DNA from: Lytechinus pictus
Taxonomy: Eukaryota
Length of the DNA: 64,000 nucleotides
Direction: 5' to 3'
Assembly: GCF_037042905.1 (NCBI RefSeq)
Contig: NC_087251.1
Coordinates: forward strand, 42,844,001 to 42,908,000
In this document: piece after piece, positions 48,501 through 61,073 of the stretch
Layout: every line of letters begins with the position of its first letter
Numbering within the stretch: position 1 is the stretch's first letter
The notes under the pieces: model-generated
Told to the model about the DNA's origin: nothing
What the model saw: the letters and a program-made list of their open reading frames with translations, nothing else
The model's database searches: none
Translations under genes and position numbers: made by a program

Positions 48501-50695
48501 AAGTGATGCCGAGAAACGGACCCACTGCTCTCAAGAAACCAAACCTTGGCTAATTTTTCAAGTTAATGACTGCGACATTGTCAATGAATGTACGCTTGAA
48601 AATATTTCCATTTGAAGAGTCGAGTTGTCCAGTTGCTCTTTATGTGATGACATGAGAAGAGCTATTGACCTTTTTGGTACCGGTTTCTCACCCCCAATAT
48701 TTTTTTAAATTAACCTCCCAAATACATGAACCTCCATTAAACTTGTATACCCTTCCCTGAAATACCTTGATTGGTCGCTCGATCTGCCCGCTAACTCATA
48801 AGGTATATTCGAATATAAATAAATTCGGCGTTTGTGCTCTTTTCATGCTAACTTTTAACGAGGGCGGGCTTCACGTATATCTTTCAAAGGGAGAATGTAT
48901 ACACTGACTAATGGCATAACACAAAGTTTTGGGGGGTTTTGTCCGTCTTTTAAAGCAACCCTCACCCGCCATCACCGCCAAAAGTTACAGAATCGAGTTT
49001 GATCGCAATTCTTTCTGCAACATGCCACTGCCACCGCGCCGCTCATATCCCTTGGAATGCCTGTATGTCATCATGTAACGGCCATTAGGAGTCGACTAAG
49101 GGTGACGGATACACTAACTTAGGTATGGTGATAAATGGGTGATGATGTGAGAGGGCAAACAGCAGCAATGCAAGACCATTATGATCGGAATTATACTTCA
49201 ATGACGTTTCGTAACATTTTCCTTTGTTTATCAAGCGTTCAGAGTTTTACCACGCATGGTTTGATGGCTATATAGCATAGGCGTATTCAGGGGGAGCCGA
49301 ATGCCCCCCCCCCCCCCTTGACAGCGCAAAAAAAAAAAAGAATAAAAAAAAAAGGAGGGAAAGACATAGAAGAGGAAAGTAAATGAAATAAGCCAACTGG
49401 AGGGAAATGATTCGAAATGGAAAAAATGTAAGGTCATACATAAAAAATGGAAATTTTAAATTTCAGTATTTAATGAAGACTACCCCTCAACCCCCCCCCG
49501 AAAATCAGCTTTTAGCTGCCGATCGAGGACAATGTGAATAAATATGTGTTTTCCGCCCCACTCCCCACCCCCCCCCCCCCTCTATTAGCGAAAGTTGGAT
49601 CCGCCCCTGGATATAATGAATAAGATGTAAACGACCATTTTTTCAACCCATAACATGATTTTCTAAATATGATCACGGAGGACCTCGAGAAAATAACTAT
49701 TCTTTGTTTGATGCTTATCTGATATATTGAAGGGGTGATGAGATGTACTGGGTAATTGCACGAAACAAAATATGTTTGAACGAGAGGCTGTCGTGACCCT
49801 TTGCTCTTGCCTATGTAACGATCTTGGAGTAATGAATTCAGTGAAGGAAGGGGCGGCAGTCATTCTTTCAAAAATTTAAATGACTGCCTTCTTTAACCAC
49901 CCCGAAACACATAAACCGAATCGGTACTTCCATCTTATCCAAGTTAATGAAGCGACTAATTGTCTTTTTTTTTTCTTTTTTAATCGTTATAACAAAGCTT
50001 ACTCTAATTATTGCGAGAACGATGCTCTAAAAAAACACACCTTGACCGTATTAATAATCGCTATATTATGCACTAAGACGTCTTACCTATAGAAAAAGTC
50101 GCTTGTTTTTCATCTCAACTTTTCTTTAAAAAAACCCCACTTTTTGGCGTCGCGTACAAGCACAGGTAATCTTTGACAAATAGTTGTAAATAAATAGAGA
50201 CAAAGGCCTTACGTAGGCCCTATATTCAATTAAATTTAAATTAATGCTCTACCAAACATGATGATACCCTGATCAAGGAGATATCACTCTATCTCCTTGC
50301 CCTGATTAACCCTGCATGCATCACATAATTTGACCGAGGTGTTATTTCTGAAATTTCGGATAGTACGTGTATGGCGACACGGGCGGACAAAAAGTTTCTC
50401 TTGAAATAAAAAAATAAGGAACTTTTTACTCGCAGTCACAAAATGTAGTAAGAAGAGCCTCCACACTGAGATCCCCAGCATTGGTAGAACTGTCGAACAT
50501 TATACAAAATGTACGTGGGAATGTACGAATGTTGCCGGTCAAATGTCATCGTCATCAGAATTCAATGTTCTACCGTGATTGTGGTATAAATGACATCTTG
50601 ATTTCAAAGTCAACATTCGAGTCACGTTTTGTCATGCTCCTGCAGTGATAATTCAAAACGTGCGTATAGGCGTTGGGAGGGGGGGTCGAGGATTT

Positions 50696-50699
<4 letters not shown>

Positions 50700-50726
<27 letters not shown>
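50700..50726 (+). repeat. (GT)n dinucleotide microsatellite
   Basis: Directly visible. Confidence 0.95.
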
Positions 50727-52230
50727 TTGTTGTTTCGCGGTCGAGACCCTGAGGAACGGGCCACGAGATGGACCCATCCGCGAACATGCATGACGAATAC
50801 AAAAATGGGTAAAAATTTGTAGCTTTTCAGTATTAGGCTGATGGGTTGGGACATGTCGTGTATTATGATCGGCGTCAATCACTGTTTGTGGTATTTAAAT
50901 AAAATATGACGGCTGGGTGCGGCAGGCCAGTTATCCGCTTTGGGTATTCCCCCAAAGCAATCAAGTTTCATTTCAGAAAGGGATGCCCCCCTCCCCCTCC
51001 ATTCTTGCTTCATCTGGAACCGTCATTACATTAACTGAAAACCAGACATGCCAGAGGTAGATTGGAATTCGCGGGAGAAGTAATGTTCGAACACCACCAT
51101 TTTTATTTCAGCATCATACTGTAAAAAAGCATGCAGGTACAAAGAGGTATTTTAGACGGTTGCCCATCTGAGGTTTAACCGATGGTTGGCATTATACCTT
51201 CGATATATTATTCTTGGTATGTTCCAAGGTGAGAAGATAATGAAATCGAGCCGTTGATAAGATGAAAGGAGAGAAACGGGAGGCATGGTGGAGCGTGTGC
51301 CTGCCCACGATCACCAAAATGAATGAGATTTCAAACATATTTCTCATCCATTCCGTGATCAAAATCTTCTCAATGGTGTCCTGTTCATACCGTGTGAACA
51401 CGCCGACAGAAAAGAAAACATCGCGTTGCATTAAGCGCTCTTAATAACAAAAAGTGCTTCCATGAAATGAGAGAATCACTGATGTGCTTTGTATGGTATT
51501 CATTAATCAACCAATATTAATTGATCGTGTTTGGATTTAAAAAAACTTTTTTTTGCTATTGGTATTCGGAAAAAGACGCTACCCCCACGAGATGGGCGAC
51601 CCCATCAAATACATTTTATATCATGTCATATTGGTTTCTTTCCTTTCGCTTTTTGGGGGCTTATTTTTGTAGTGAAATATATTATTTAGGGCTCATAACA
51701 CAGGCCATCCCTCCACCCAAAACTATTTGCTTTACCCCCCCCCCCCCAATGAACTCCCGTGATAACGTATCAAATGCCTTTCTCAGCGTTCCGCTTCACA
51801 GTCCTGTTTATGTCTAATAATATTATTCATTGTCTTTCTCTCATAGTTAATCTTGTCAACCAAATTCCGCATGATGAAAATATTTGTGCAATATTATTAG
51901 ACCGTTCTGTTACGCCTCTCTTAATGAATACTGACGGTACTTTGGCGCATAGCAAAGAAGTCATCCCCTCTCTCCCAACCGTGCATGTGACATTGTATCA
52001 TCTTCAGTTATGTGACACAATTTAAATAGAATCACTGACAGTGAAACGTGGGATGGGGATTGGATTGGAAACACACTTCAACTTCAAACTTGATTGTATG
52101 CGAACCATACCATACCTAACCAGCATATTCATATTGTTTATGGTTACACCTCCCCCCCCCCCCCCCCCCCGAAAAAAACTTACTCAATGGTTCTAGTTGA
52201 TCATGTTGATCATTATTCTACGAGTCATAT

Positions 52231-52547
52231 GCCCGTATTCTGCAGTCGGTTTTAATTCAAACTCTGGTTTAAAGTTGTAGTTTAACTATGGATAGCCAAT
52301 TGTCACATAAATCTCAAACAGTAGATGTTCCATGTATCAGCCAATTTTATTTGACCCGCAAATCATTCTTAACAAACTGTCTTGGAAAGATGAATGTTAT
52401 AATTATTGTCTTCACCGAGGAAGAACTCAGGAAGAGCACAGTAAACATTAGTAACATGCAGTGTAAACAAATTCTGGGAATTTCTGGCTCCCCATGATTT
52501 TAGCACAATGTTAGACCATGGTCTAAACCTGACTTCAGAATACGGGC
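52231..52547. mobile_element. Harbinger-type MITE (~317 bp)
   Basis: GCCCGTATTCTGCAGTCGGTTT ... AAACCTGACTTCAGAATACGGGC. Confidence 0.8.
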
Positions 52548-52887
52548 CTTATATAGATTGCCACATACATGACATAACGGTGACTTTCATCGTGTTTATG
52601 TACAATCAGGTAACAATAGATACTGATGTATGGCTGTATGAACGTGAGTTGTGGAAACCCACACGTTTACTTGAAACACGATCCATGAATAAATACAATC
52701 GATACAAACATCATTCTAAACATTTACTAAACATTTTAAAGACAAACTATTCATCTAATAATCTGTCACTCATGGTTTGAAAGCAGTAATTTCGTTGCTA
52801 AATAACACCGATCTTATAGATTGATTTATAACGTAAGAGTGGGGTGCACGACATTAAAATTGAAATCACCATTAACAATATATATAC

Positions 52888-53291
52888 CAGGGGAAGCGGA
52901 ACGTATTTTCGTTTGGGGGCAAAACAAATAAAAGGGAGCTTATAATATGTCAAAATGGGCATTTTGGTGCAAACGGATATTTTTCACCATGAGGTTGTCA
53001 TCTGCGTGATGTAGTTATGTGTTTTGTAGTAATTAAGTTAAGCAAAGCCTTTTTGGAGTGATTTCTGATTGATGAAATATATATTTAGGCTTTTTCTTTC
53101 CGCGAGTGAGCGGTTTGGAAAAATTTTCAAATCTGAAAGGGCATCCTTATGAGATGTTGCGAGTGCGAATCGCGAGCTCAAAAATTTTGGACACTTCATG
53201 TAATTAAGACGTGAAAATTAAACATTTCGAGCAGTTTTTGTAATCATGAAAAAGTGCCCCCCCCCCCCCCCCCCCGGTTCCTTCGCCCCTG
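52888..53291. mobile_element. hAT-like non-autonomous element
   Basis: CAGGGG...CCCCTG termini; perfect 8-bp TSD ATATATAC (52880-52887, 53292-53299). Confidence 0.85.
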
Positions 53292-53324
53292 ATATATACA
53301 TACAGTATATATTGATATACTAAC

Positions 53325-53573
53325 CTTGGTGTTCTGGATAGTGATCTCTTGTAACCCAGCCAACTCTTCCCGCTTCAGCAATACCAGGGAAACACTCCCA
53401 TCTGCCTGCCGGGTGACCAAGTGGGCGTGGCGAGTTGTTATTCCAGGGTGATCTTGGGCTGGGGTTGACCACCGCTGCGTGCTTGCTGCCCGGGGATTTG
53501 GGCGTAGCGTGGCCGTACTGTATGCTGTTTGCTGCGGATGGCACTGATCGACCGAGGATGCGCTGTGTGTATT
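53325..53573 (-). CDS. HLX: HLX exon 2 (E)YTQRILGRSVPSAANSIQYG...RDHYPEHQ
   Basis: GC-rich island; ttttcaccacag acceptor, AAG|gttagt donor; 249 nt, phase 1-1, open and frame-compatible with exons 1 and 3. No strong homology recognised. Confidence 0.8.
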
Positions 53574-55194
53574 CTGTGGTGAAAATTAATAAGTCAATGA
53601 TTTTTCTCTCTGAAATACAATATTCACGATTGGTTTCATACTGCCGATTTTTTAGTCTGAGTGAGCTTCAATAATGATGATAATGATAAACAGAAATTTT
53701 AATGTTCTTTGTTTTAATTTATTTCCATTTTCAACAATTACAAAAGTCTCTGTCGTACATCTTGACATAATGTATACAATGAACATATTGACAAAAAATA
53801 TCATACAAGATAATTACGCAACAGGTTGGAGAAAATTATATGATCAACGGCTATTTGGGGGCGGGTCTACAGGGGTAGGAGCGGGGCCCATATGATTCTT
53901 TTAAAAAAGAGTTGGAACGAGGAATGAAAAAGAAGGGAGAATAAAGGGAACAAAGAAAGGGAGGTCTGCGTCGTGATTGTAACTCTTCAAAATACCCCCA
54001 TTAAAAAAAAACGCCGCTTCAAAGACCGCCCCCCCTAAAGACCTTGGTGCTGCCCCTGAACCTGTATAGTACTGTTGTTCAAATACACCAGACCTATACA
54101 TCGTGCACACTTTTCTTTCACCATATTTACGAAACATATTTCTTATTGCATCCATTTTTTCTTAATTTACTGAAAGTATTATAGAATTGGATATGTTTCA
54201 TAAAATAATAATGATAAAAACAGACATATCAAATCACACTTCCTCTTAGATGTCTTGTGACATTTAAGATAGGAGAAGAGTTGCCTGACCTTTTTACAAC
54301 TGCCAGTACATATAACTTAAGAAATGGGGAAAAACACATCGTTTTGATGTGAAATCGATCCCCTGTTTCGTGTAAAAACTTTGGTATTCGAGCATATTTA
54401 GTGCTTCCCGTTTTATTTGTGATTTGATATTCTATTGATGGATTTTTTATATCATTTTCCTAGTATCAGTCATGGCCGTGATAGATATCGATAAAAAGAA
54501 CACCGTCTCGACACGCAATTTTCAAACTATTTATTTTGCTGGTATATAATAAGCAACACCTAACATGGATTATAGGTTGGTTTTTTTCTTTCTTTCTTGG
54601 CATAGATGGTTTACTCGTATTGTCATGAAAGAATATTTTTTATAATGTTCCTGATATTCTTGATTCTTCATAGATTTACAGTGTATTTTGATTTTTGATT
54701 GCACATCACTTATAAGTATCTTATTTTGGTCACAGTCGTAATAGATTCATGGAGTAGTTAATTTATAAGTAAATTAAATCGGGAATCAACATTTATAAGG
54801 AACATTTCCCCGAAAGGACCTCATGGGCCTATATGACAAATCAATGACAATTAGAAATGATTTAATGGCAAGTGGTTTGCAATGTGTAATTGACTATAGT
54901 ATTAACTGTTCCCTTAAACATGTTTAAAAAAAACCAATTTGAGTATCGAGCTAAATGATGCTGCAATCTCGCTTTACCCTCATTTATTACAAACTTATGA
55001 AGATCTCTGAATAGCCAGAGCGAAGTTTATTGCAATGCGATCTATAATTATGTCAGTATATATATAGCATTTGGTGATAAGGAAAAAAACACACTTCGTT
55101 TGAACAACAACAAAAAAGGACAAAACAAAAATCCGGACCAGATTGATAACATCACTTATCATGAAGAATTTAGAAAGCATTCTAGCTAGATATA

Positions 55195-55421
55195 CACTCG
55201 TAAAACAAATCAGTCAAATTGACGAGACCAGTCCTGTGGTCACCTGGGTGCAACTGATATGACAATCACCGATAATCACATTTCTGACATTATATTCTTG
55301 TCAGAAAAAAACTTTGTTCTAGTCAAATACGACTAGAAAATAGTCAAATATGACTAGAATAACAGTTGCACCCAGTTGACCCTATTAACTAGTCATTTTT
55401 GACTGATTTGTTTTTAGAGTG
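55195..55421. mobile_element. CACTA/EnSpm-like MITE
   Basis: TA|CACTCGTAAAACAAATCAGTCAAA ... TTTGACTGATTTGTTTTTAGAGTG|TA; inner CTGGGTGCAACTG / CAGTTGCACCCAG. Confidence 0.8.
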
Positions 55422-55775
55422 TATTATAGGCTGCCCCTCTTCTCTTTCTCTCTCCCTCTTTTCCATTATAAAAGCAGATTATTGATTTTATCATTGTTAT
55501 ATTCTCTATACTCTTCCTTTTCATTTCATGTTTCAGTGTAGCATCTTAGTGATCATGTTAACAAAAAAAGAATAAGGGGCCAGAAAGAAACCCTTCATGG
55601 AAAGGTGTGCCCAATAGATTGGTTTACCCAATACCCTAATGAAATTGACTGCATTAGGTCATTAATTGTTGACTTGTCATAAAATTTGTGTCTCCCCCTT
55701 TCTCTCTCTCTCGCTCTCGCTGTTTCTCCCCTCTTTCACAGTAACTATTTAAAATCTTATTGTTTCCCATTATAC

Positions 55776-56358
55776 CTGATAAATTGACCATTTTCTTTTC
55801 AGGTGGCTTGCTTCCGATGGACAGTATTGCTTCGATGCCAAACTTGAGCGGCTTGGTACACGGTGGTGACGCCCTCGATTCGTTCAAGCAGTCTCTTCTC
55901 TCCTGTCCGACATCCACCGTGACACCATCACCATCTTCTGCCGAATTCTTGGATGCCTGCTGAGCCGCCATCAGCGTCTCCTTGCCCAACCGATCCACAG
56001 CGCTTCGGTCATCTTTGGAGCGAACGTCCGGCTTGTCTCTCGGCGGCGGCGTCGAGCCCGAGGTATCGTTCACTTTCATTCCAAGGGTAGTATCCCGTGA
56101 TTTTAAGTCGTCTCCATTTTGCAAACGGCTACTCCGGCGATTAGCCTCAGAGTCTGCTGGCAAATATGAAAAGGGATGTAAGGAGTAAGGGAATCCTGCG
56201 ACCGCTAAGTTGGAGCTTCGCAAGAGCATCCGTTGTCTTTTAGCTTCCAGGTAAGGGGTGTCGTCACCACTACCACCGTCCTGTCTCCACGTCCCTCCTC
56301 GTTTTGCAGTTGGAACGTAAAAAGTCTGCAGCATAGTGTCCGCTAAAGACATTGTCAT
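55776..56358 (-). CDS. HLX: HLX exon 1 with eh1 (Groucho-binding) motif LKFGIEAIL
   Basis: ATG at 56358 (or 56352); open frame to CAG|gtataa donor (phase 1); LKFGIEAILS matches human HLX LKFGIDRILS near the end of exon 1. Confidence 0.88.
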
Positions 56359-56869
56359 TATCACTTTAAAATATGGTACCACTTACCCAAAATAATGCCT
56401 TTTTCGAGAAGAAGAAGAAACAAATGTTAAAATCTTTCGTTTCGAGTATCATCTGACAATATTCGTGCGCATAGAATCTTCCACGTCTTCAGGACTTCTG
56501 CTCCTCTCAGCTATGCATCTCGATGTCCTGTAGTTGAAATTTCAAAATTATTTCGTCCATGGCGATCTGAGCAAGAATCACTTCTTAAATGTCCTCTAAG
56601 AATTAACATCTAAATAAAAGACGCAAATTTCCTCATTCATACATCCAGTATTTAAATCAATCGATTATTTTCTATAACCTCAAAGTTTTACCATGTTTTA
56701 CCAACATCCTTCATTGTGTCTCGTAGGTACGTTTGTTTCCACTGCAATGCAATGGTAATAATATTTTCTGAAGCGGATTGGATTAAACAAGGCAGGGTAC
56801 TTTTTAAAATATAACTCAGTTGAAGTGTGGTTCTCGCAAAAGTTCCCATTCGAGTGTGACTTGGGAGCC

Positions 56870-57130
56870 GTCTTCAGCGGGATGGACGCAACCATCGAAT
56901 GACTGGTTTAGTGAAAGTAACACCACCGGTGCGGACACCGTTTGGTTTGGTTATTCTTGTTTACCTAATACATTCAATACTATCCCATCTCCCTTCCATC
57001 AACCCGCACACCGGTTTCCAGAGAAGAGAGAGAGAGGGAGGGAGGGAGAGAGCGCACAATGCACCCGACACCAGCCACGAATAGAAACTCTTTGAAGACT
57101 CCTCCTAATGCTGATTGAGTGCGTATAATC
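56870..57130 (-). promoter_or_regulatory. Probable HLX promoter / 5' region
   Basis: GC-richer island ~0.5-0.8 kb upstream of the ATG with a GA/CT tract at 57020-57052; TSS not determinable from sequence. Confidence 0.35.
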
Positions 57131-57912
57131 TTACTTTTATGATACAGGTATAATATATATTTTCATGACGGCAACATGGTCTGCAACCCAATACCTCGAT
57201 GACTCTTACGGCGGATTAGATATACATCATAAAACGGCTAAAAGTGCCGGAGTTGTGATCGACATCCCAAGAATAAAAAGAAAAGCATTTTGCGCGGCGA
57301 GAAAACTACGTTTTTAAGCGGGTATAGATATGGTGATAAAGTAAATTGATATCGTCATTATGGACGAAGCTCTGATAACTAGATTGGAGCTGGCGATCTC
57401 TATTTTTCTACTGGTTTTTTATTTGTCAAGAGAAAGATAGTTGGGATGTTGATGACATTTTGATTTATATCTCTGTTATTGGAGCTAAGTTCCAAATGTG
57501 TTTCAAGTGAGCATTTAAGTGTTTTTCATGCAATTCTATATCCGACTTTACCTGCAAATAGATAATGCATTATCAGCCTACATGAGAATAAAAAGACAAG
57601 GTAGAAAAATATTCATTGTTATGTCGATGCCACTGTCCAAGTTTCAAAAGGGAGGTACAGAAAATCCAGCTCCGTTAACTTTCTACGGATGTCTTTTTAG
57701 CTGCACACTCTTAGAGTTTATTTTAGACCCCTCATTTGAGACACTGTACATACATTGCACCTGCACAACAGTTCGACAATACGCCAGACGGTGGCCTGTA
57801 CTTATAGAGAAGAAGAAGTCTCCAAAAACATTAATAGTGTTTGTTTCTGACGGGACTCTTTAATAATTGGGTTTTTATTTAGTGGAACATTGATTTAATA
57901 GCAAATCAGTAT

Positions 57913-57989
57913 GTAGTAGCAGGAATAGAAGTGGAAGTAGTATAGTAGCAGTAATAGTAAAAGTAGTAGTAGTAGTAGTAGTAGTAGTA

Positions 57990-58052
<63 letters not shown>

Positions 58053-58100
58053 TAGTAGTAATAGTAGTGGTAGTAATAGTAGTAGTATTAGTAGTAGAAA

Positions 58101-58157
<57 letters not shown>

Positions 58158-58212
58158 AAGTAGTAGTAATAGTAGAATTAGTAGTAGGAGGAGTAGTAGT
58201 AGTAGTAGTAGT

Positions 58213-58269
<57 letters not shown>

Positions 58270-58300
58270 AAGCAGAAGGAGCAGGAGCAGTATTAGTAGT
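57913..58300 (+). repeat. (TAG)n trinucleotide microsatellite
   Basis: Directly visible; explains poly-Val/Ser ORF 58046-58330. Confidence 0.97.
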
Positions 58301-59399
58301 GGATTAGTGGAAGTGTTATTATTTTATTAGTACGTTGTAAATATTTGATAGTATTGATTTTATTACTATTACTATTATCATGATGATGATGATTATTATT
58401 ATTATTGTTGTCGTTGTTGATGTTGGTGTTATTCTAATCATCATCATCACTACAACCTTTATCATTAATATATACTACTACTAATAATAAATGATATATA
58501 TAATTTCTTTGTCCTTTTCCTTCCATATTATTTATTTCAGTTCTATAACAAGTTTTGTTTCCTCCTACGAACATGGCAATTTCTATACCGTGCATGTTAT
58601 ATGGCGAAGTTCATCTCATTCTAGGGTGAACTTGATTTTTTTTTCCTGTTTTTGGTTTCCTTATATGCTTTTCATGAATAGATTAATTAAAAACTGAGAT
58701 GTTATTGATATTTCTTTTCTCAAGGTCTGATGATCACTGAGTGGGTCCTTATCCAGATTGTACGCAGTTGAGAATCCATATAGGGTAAGTAAATCTTCGA
58801 ATTGAGCCAGTTCATAGGTAGAACCTAAGCATAACTATAAAGGTTATTGCAAACAAAATCTAAATCTCATTTATATACTTAAATATAACAAATGCATTTG
58901 AACACATTTTTTTTTGAAGTCGTTAATAATTAGAAACAAGCGAAAAAGACCCCCAAAAAAGTCAGTAAATAAGATTCTAAGCACTGTGGTTTATACTTCA
59001 AAAGCATATATTAAAGTCCTTTTACCACAGCCCTCAGATAATTATTAAATAATTCAGGGCATAAAATCTCGTGTTAAACTGTTCATTTCATGAGATATCT
59101 CTTTGAATTTATTTAGGTATACACAACCTTTCCTTGTTTTCAAATTATATCTGCATATTCGAGATCATTTTATGTTTTTGTTACAAAAATAAGTTAACCG
59201 TGAATTGGCTTAATTCTTTCACGTCTCTGAATATTTTCTCTGGCTTTAAACCAAATGATTTCGTCCAGCCGGGCAAAGTGCAGAAACGAAATAAATTTAA
59301 ACATAGGAACGATGTATTTTCTAGCTTTTAACCAGTATACTCGTTTGCGTACTCGATCTTGAGCCATATAAAACATGACCTATAAATATAGTTACTTTT

Positions 59400-59732
59400 C
59401 ACGGAGCCTTTAAAGTGCCATCGACTTGACGACTTGGCGAGATACTTTATCTCGCCAAGTCGACTTATAAAAGGTTATATGTCGACATGGCGAGATACGT
59501 TATCTTGCCAAGTTGACTTATAAAAAGTTATATGTCAACATGGCGAGATATTTGGACTCTCGTCGGGCCTTAGACACTTCATATCTTGCCATGTCGACAT
59601 ATAATGTTTTATAAGTCGACTTGGCAAGATAAAATATCTCGCTATGTTGACATATAACTTTTTATAAGTCAACTTGGCAAGATAACGTATCTCGCCATGT
59701 CGTCAAGTCGATGGCACTTTAAAGGCTCCGTA
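59400..59732. mobile_element. Nearly palindromic non-autonomous DNA transposon with internal short-palindrome repeats
   Basis: Perfect 32-bp TIR ACGGAGCCTTTAAAGTGCCATCGACTTGACGAC-type / GTCGTCAAGTCGATGGCACTTTAAAGGCTCCGT; ACTTTT duplicated on both flanks; internal GTCGAC(T/A)TGGCGAGATA units in both orientations. Confidence 0.9.
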
Positions 59733-61073
59733 ACTTTTCGACAAGCTGCCTAATAGTTGCACTTATTCAATTCAAGCTCGTTCAAACTCGGTTTTCCAGA
59801 TCTGTTTCCATTATGTTTAAAGATCGAGTATGCAATTATTATTTACTTGGTACAAGCAACGAATATAACGAATTCAAATTATTTCAAATATTTAAGATTG
59901 ATTTTTTTTTGTGTGATTATAGAGCTGCACCCGGCTGCTGATGACGCTGTAGCTCTCACAAATATTGTCAAAATTTGAAATAGTTCATAATCTTTTATAT
60001 CACTTTCAAAGAAGAAACAGAATTATACACTACTTTCTTTTGAAATTCTGATTCCTTTTGAAATAATATGTTATTTTTCAATGAAAGACGTCATAGGATT
60101 AAAATGATATTTTATATTTTGTTTAAAATGTTTATGATAAATCCTAGAATGTGCCATTATCCCTCCAATGTGAGTATAAAAGATAATATATAATATAAAC
60201 CAAGCAATGTGAGACATTTTTACAGTATATATTGTATCGATTGGTTTGTTCGTCTGTTCTTTTTATTGTTGACTGACTTCTGAATGGTTGATTGATCGAT
60301 ATGCATAGATTTGGTTGAAAATTAAATAAGAATTCACAAAGGCATATTTTTTCTGTAATTATTCATTATATTCAGGGAATTTAGACTAAAATAGTAATTT
60401 CCAGATCACATTGTCCAATGAAAAAGTAATTTAAGGAAGGAAGTGAAAAGCAAAAAAGAACGAAAGGAAGGGAAAAGGAGAGAAAGAGAGAGGAAGGGAG
60501 GAAGAAAAAAAGATCATTAGATTTGAAAGTTGGATTGATTGATTCATAGATCACTGATTAACAAGGCTTAATTGGTTGACTGATTTTGGATTGAAGAAGT
60601 TGTTTGAATGCTATATGAAACACTCTCAGAAGTGATTGGTCAAAACATGTACCTATTAAATAACCTAGTAGGTAAATATGACTGTCTCCAACCAAAAATA
60701 ATGGACAAAATCAACCCAAATTTGAGTAGATTTTGAAGCCAATGATTGAGGGGCGATTCCTCTACAGTGCGTCCCAAAAAAAACTATACACTTTTGAATT
60801 GGCTGCCAAATAAAAAATGTAACACTTTGGGGAAAAAGACTTACATATATGGAAAGCCAACAAAGTCAACCTTCAGATGACACCAAAAAGTTGGAAAACT
60901 ATTCATGCTTGAGCGAGCACTACCCACTGAAACAAAGGGTATGAAAATTAGGGTGGGCTGGAATTAGCCTTCCAATTTATGTCAGTTTTTGAGAGGCAAA
61001 TCCTTTCGAACTTGCGAAGTTAAGGGCGTTGTGATAAACTAATGATCAACCGTGATCACTTTTGGTTGCTTAA

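Noticed and set aside
51198..51300. Possible extra HLX exon (gggcag acceptor, AAG|gtataa donor, minus strand)
   Set aside because: 103 nt would frameshift; exons 2 and 3 already join in phase; weak pyrimidine tract. Cannot be excluded as a rare cryptic exon.
53435..56188. Plus-strand ORFs overlapping HLX exons 1 and 2 (also 45201-45467 over exon 3)
   Set aside because: Antisense shadows of GC-rich coding exons with no recognisable motifs.
58046..58330. Poly-Val/poly-Ser ORF
   Set aside because: (TAG)n microsatellite.
59420..59710. CRISPR-like short palindromic repeats
   Set aside because: No unique spacers; enclosed by TIRs and a TSD.
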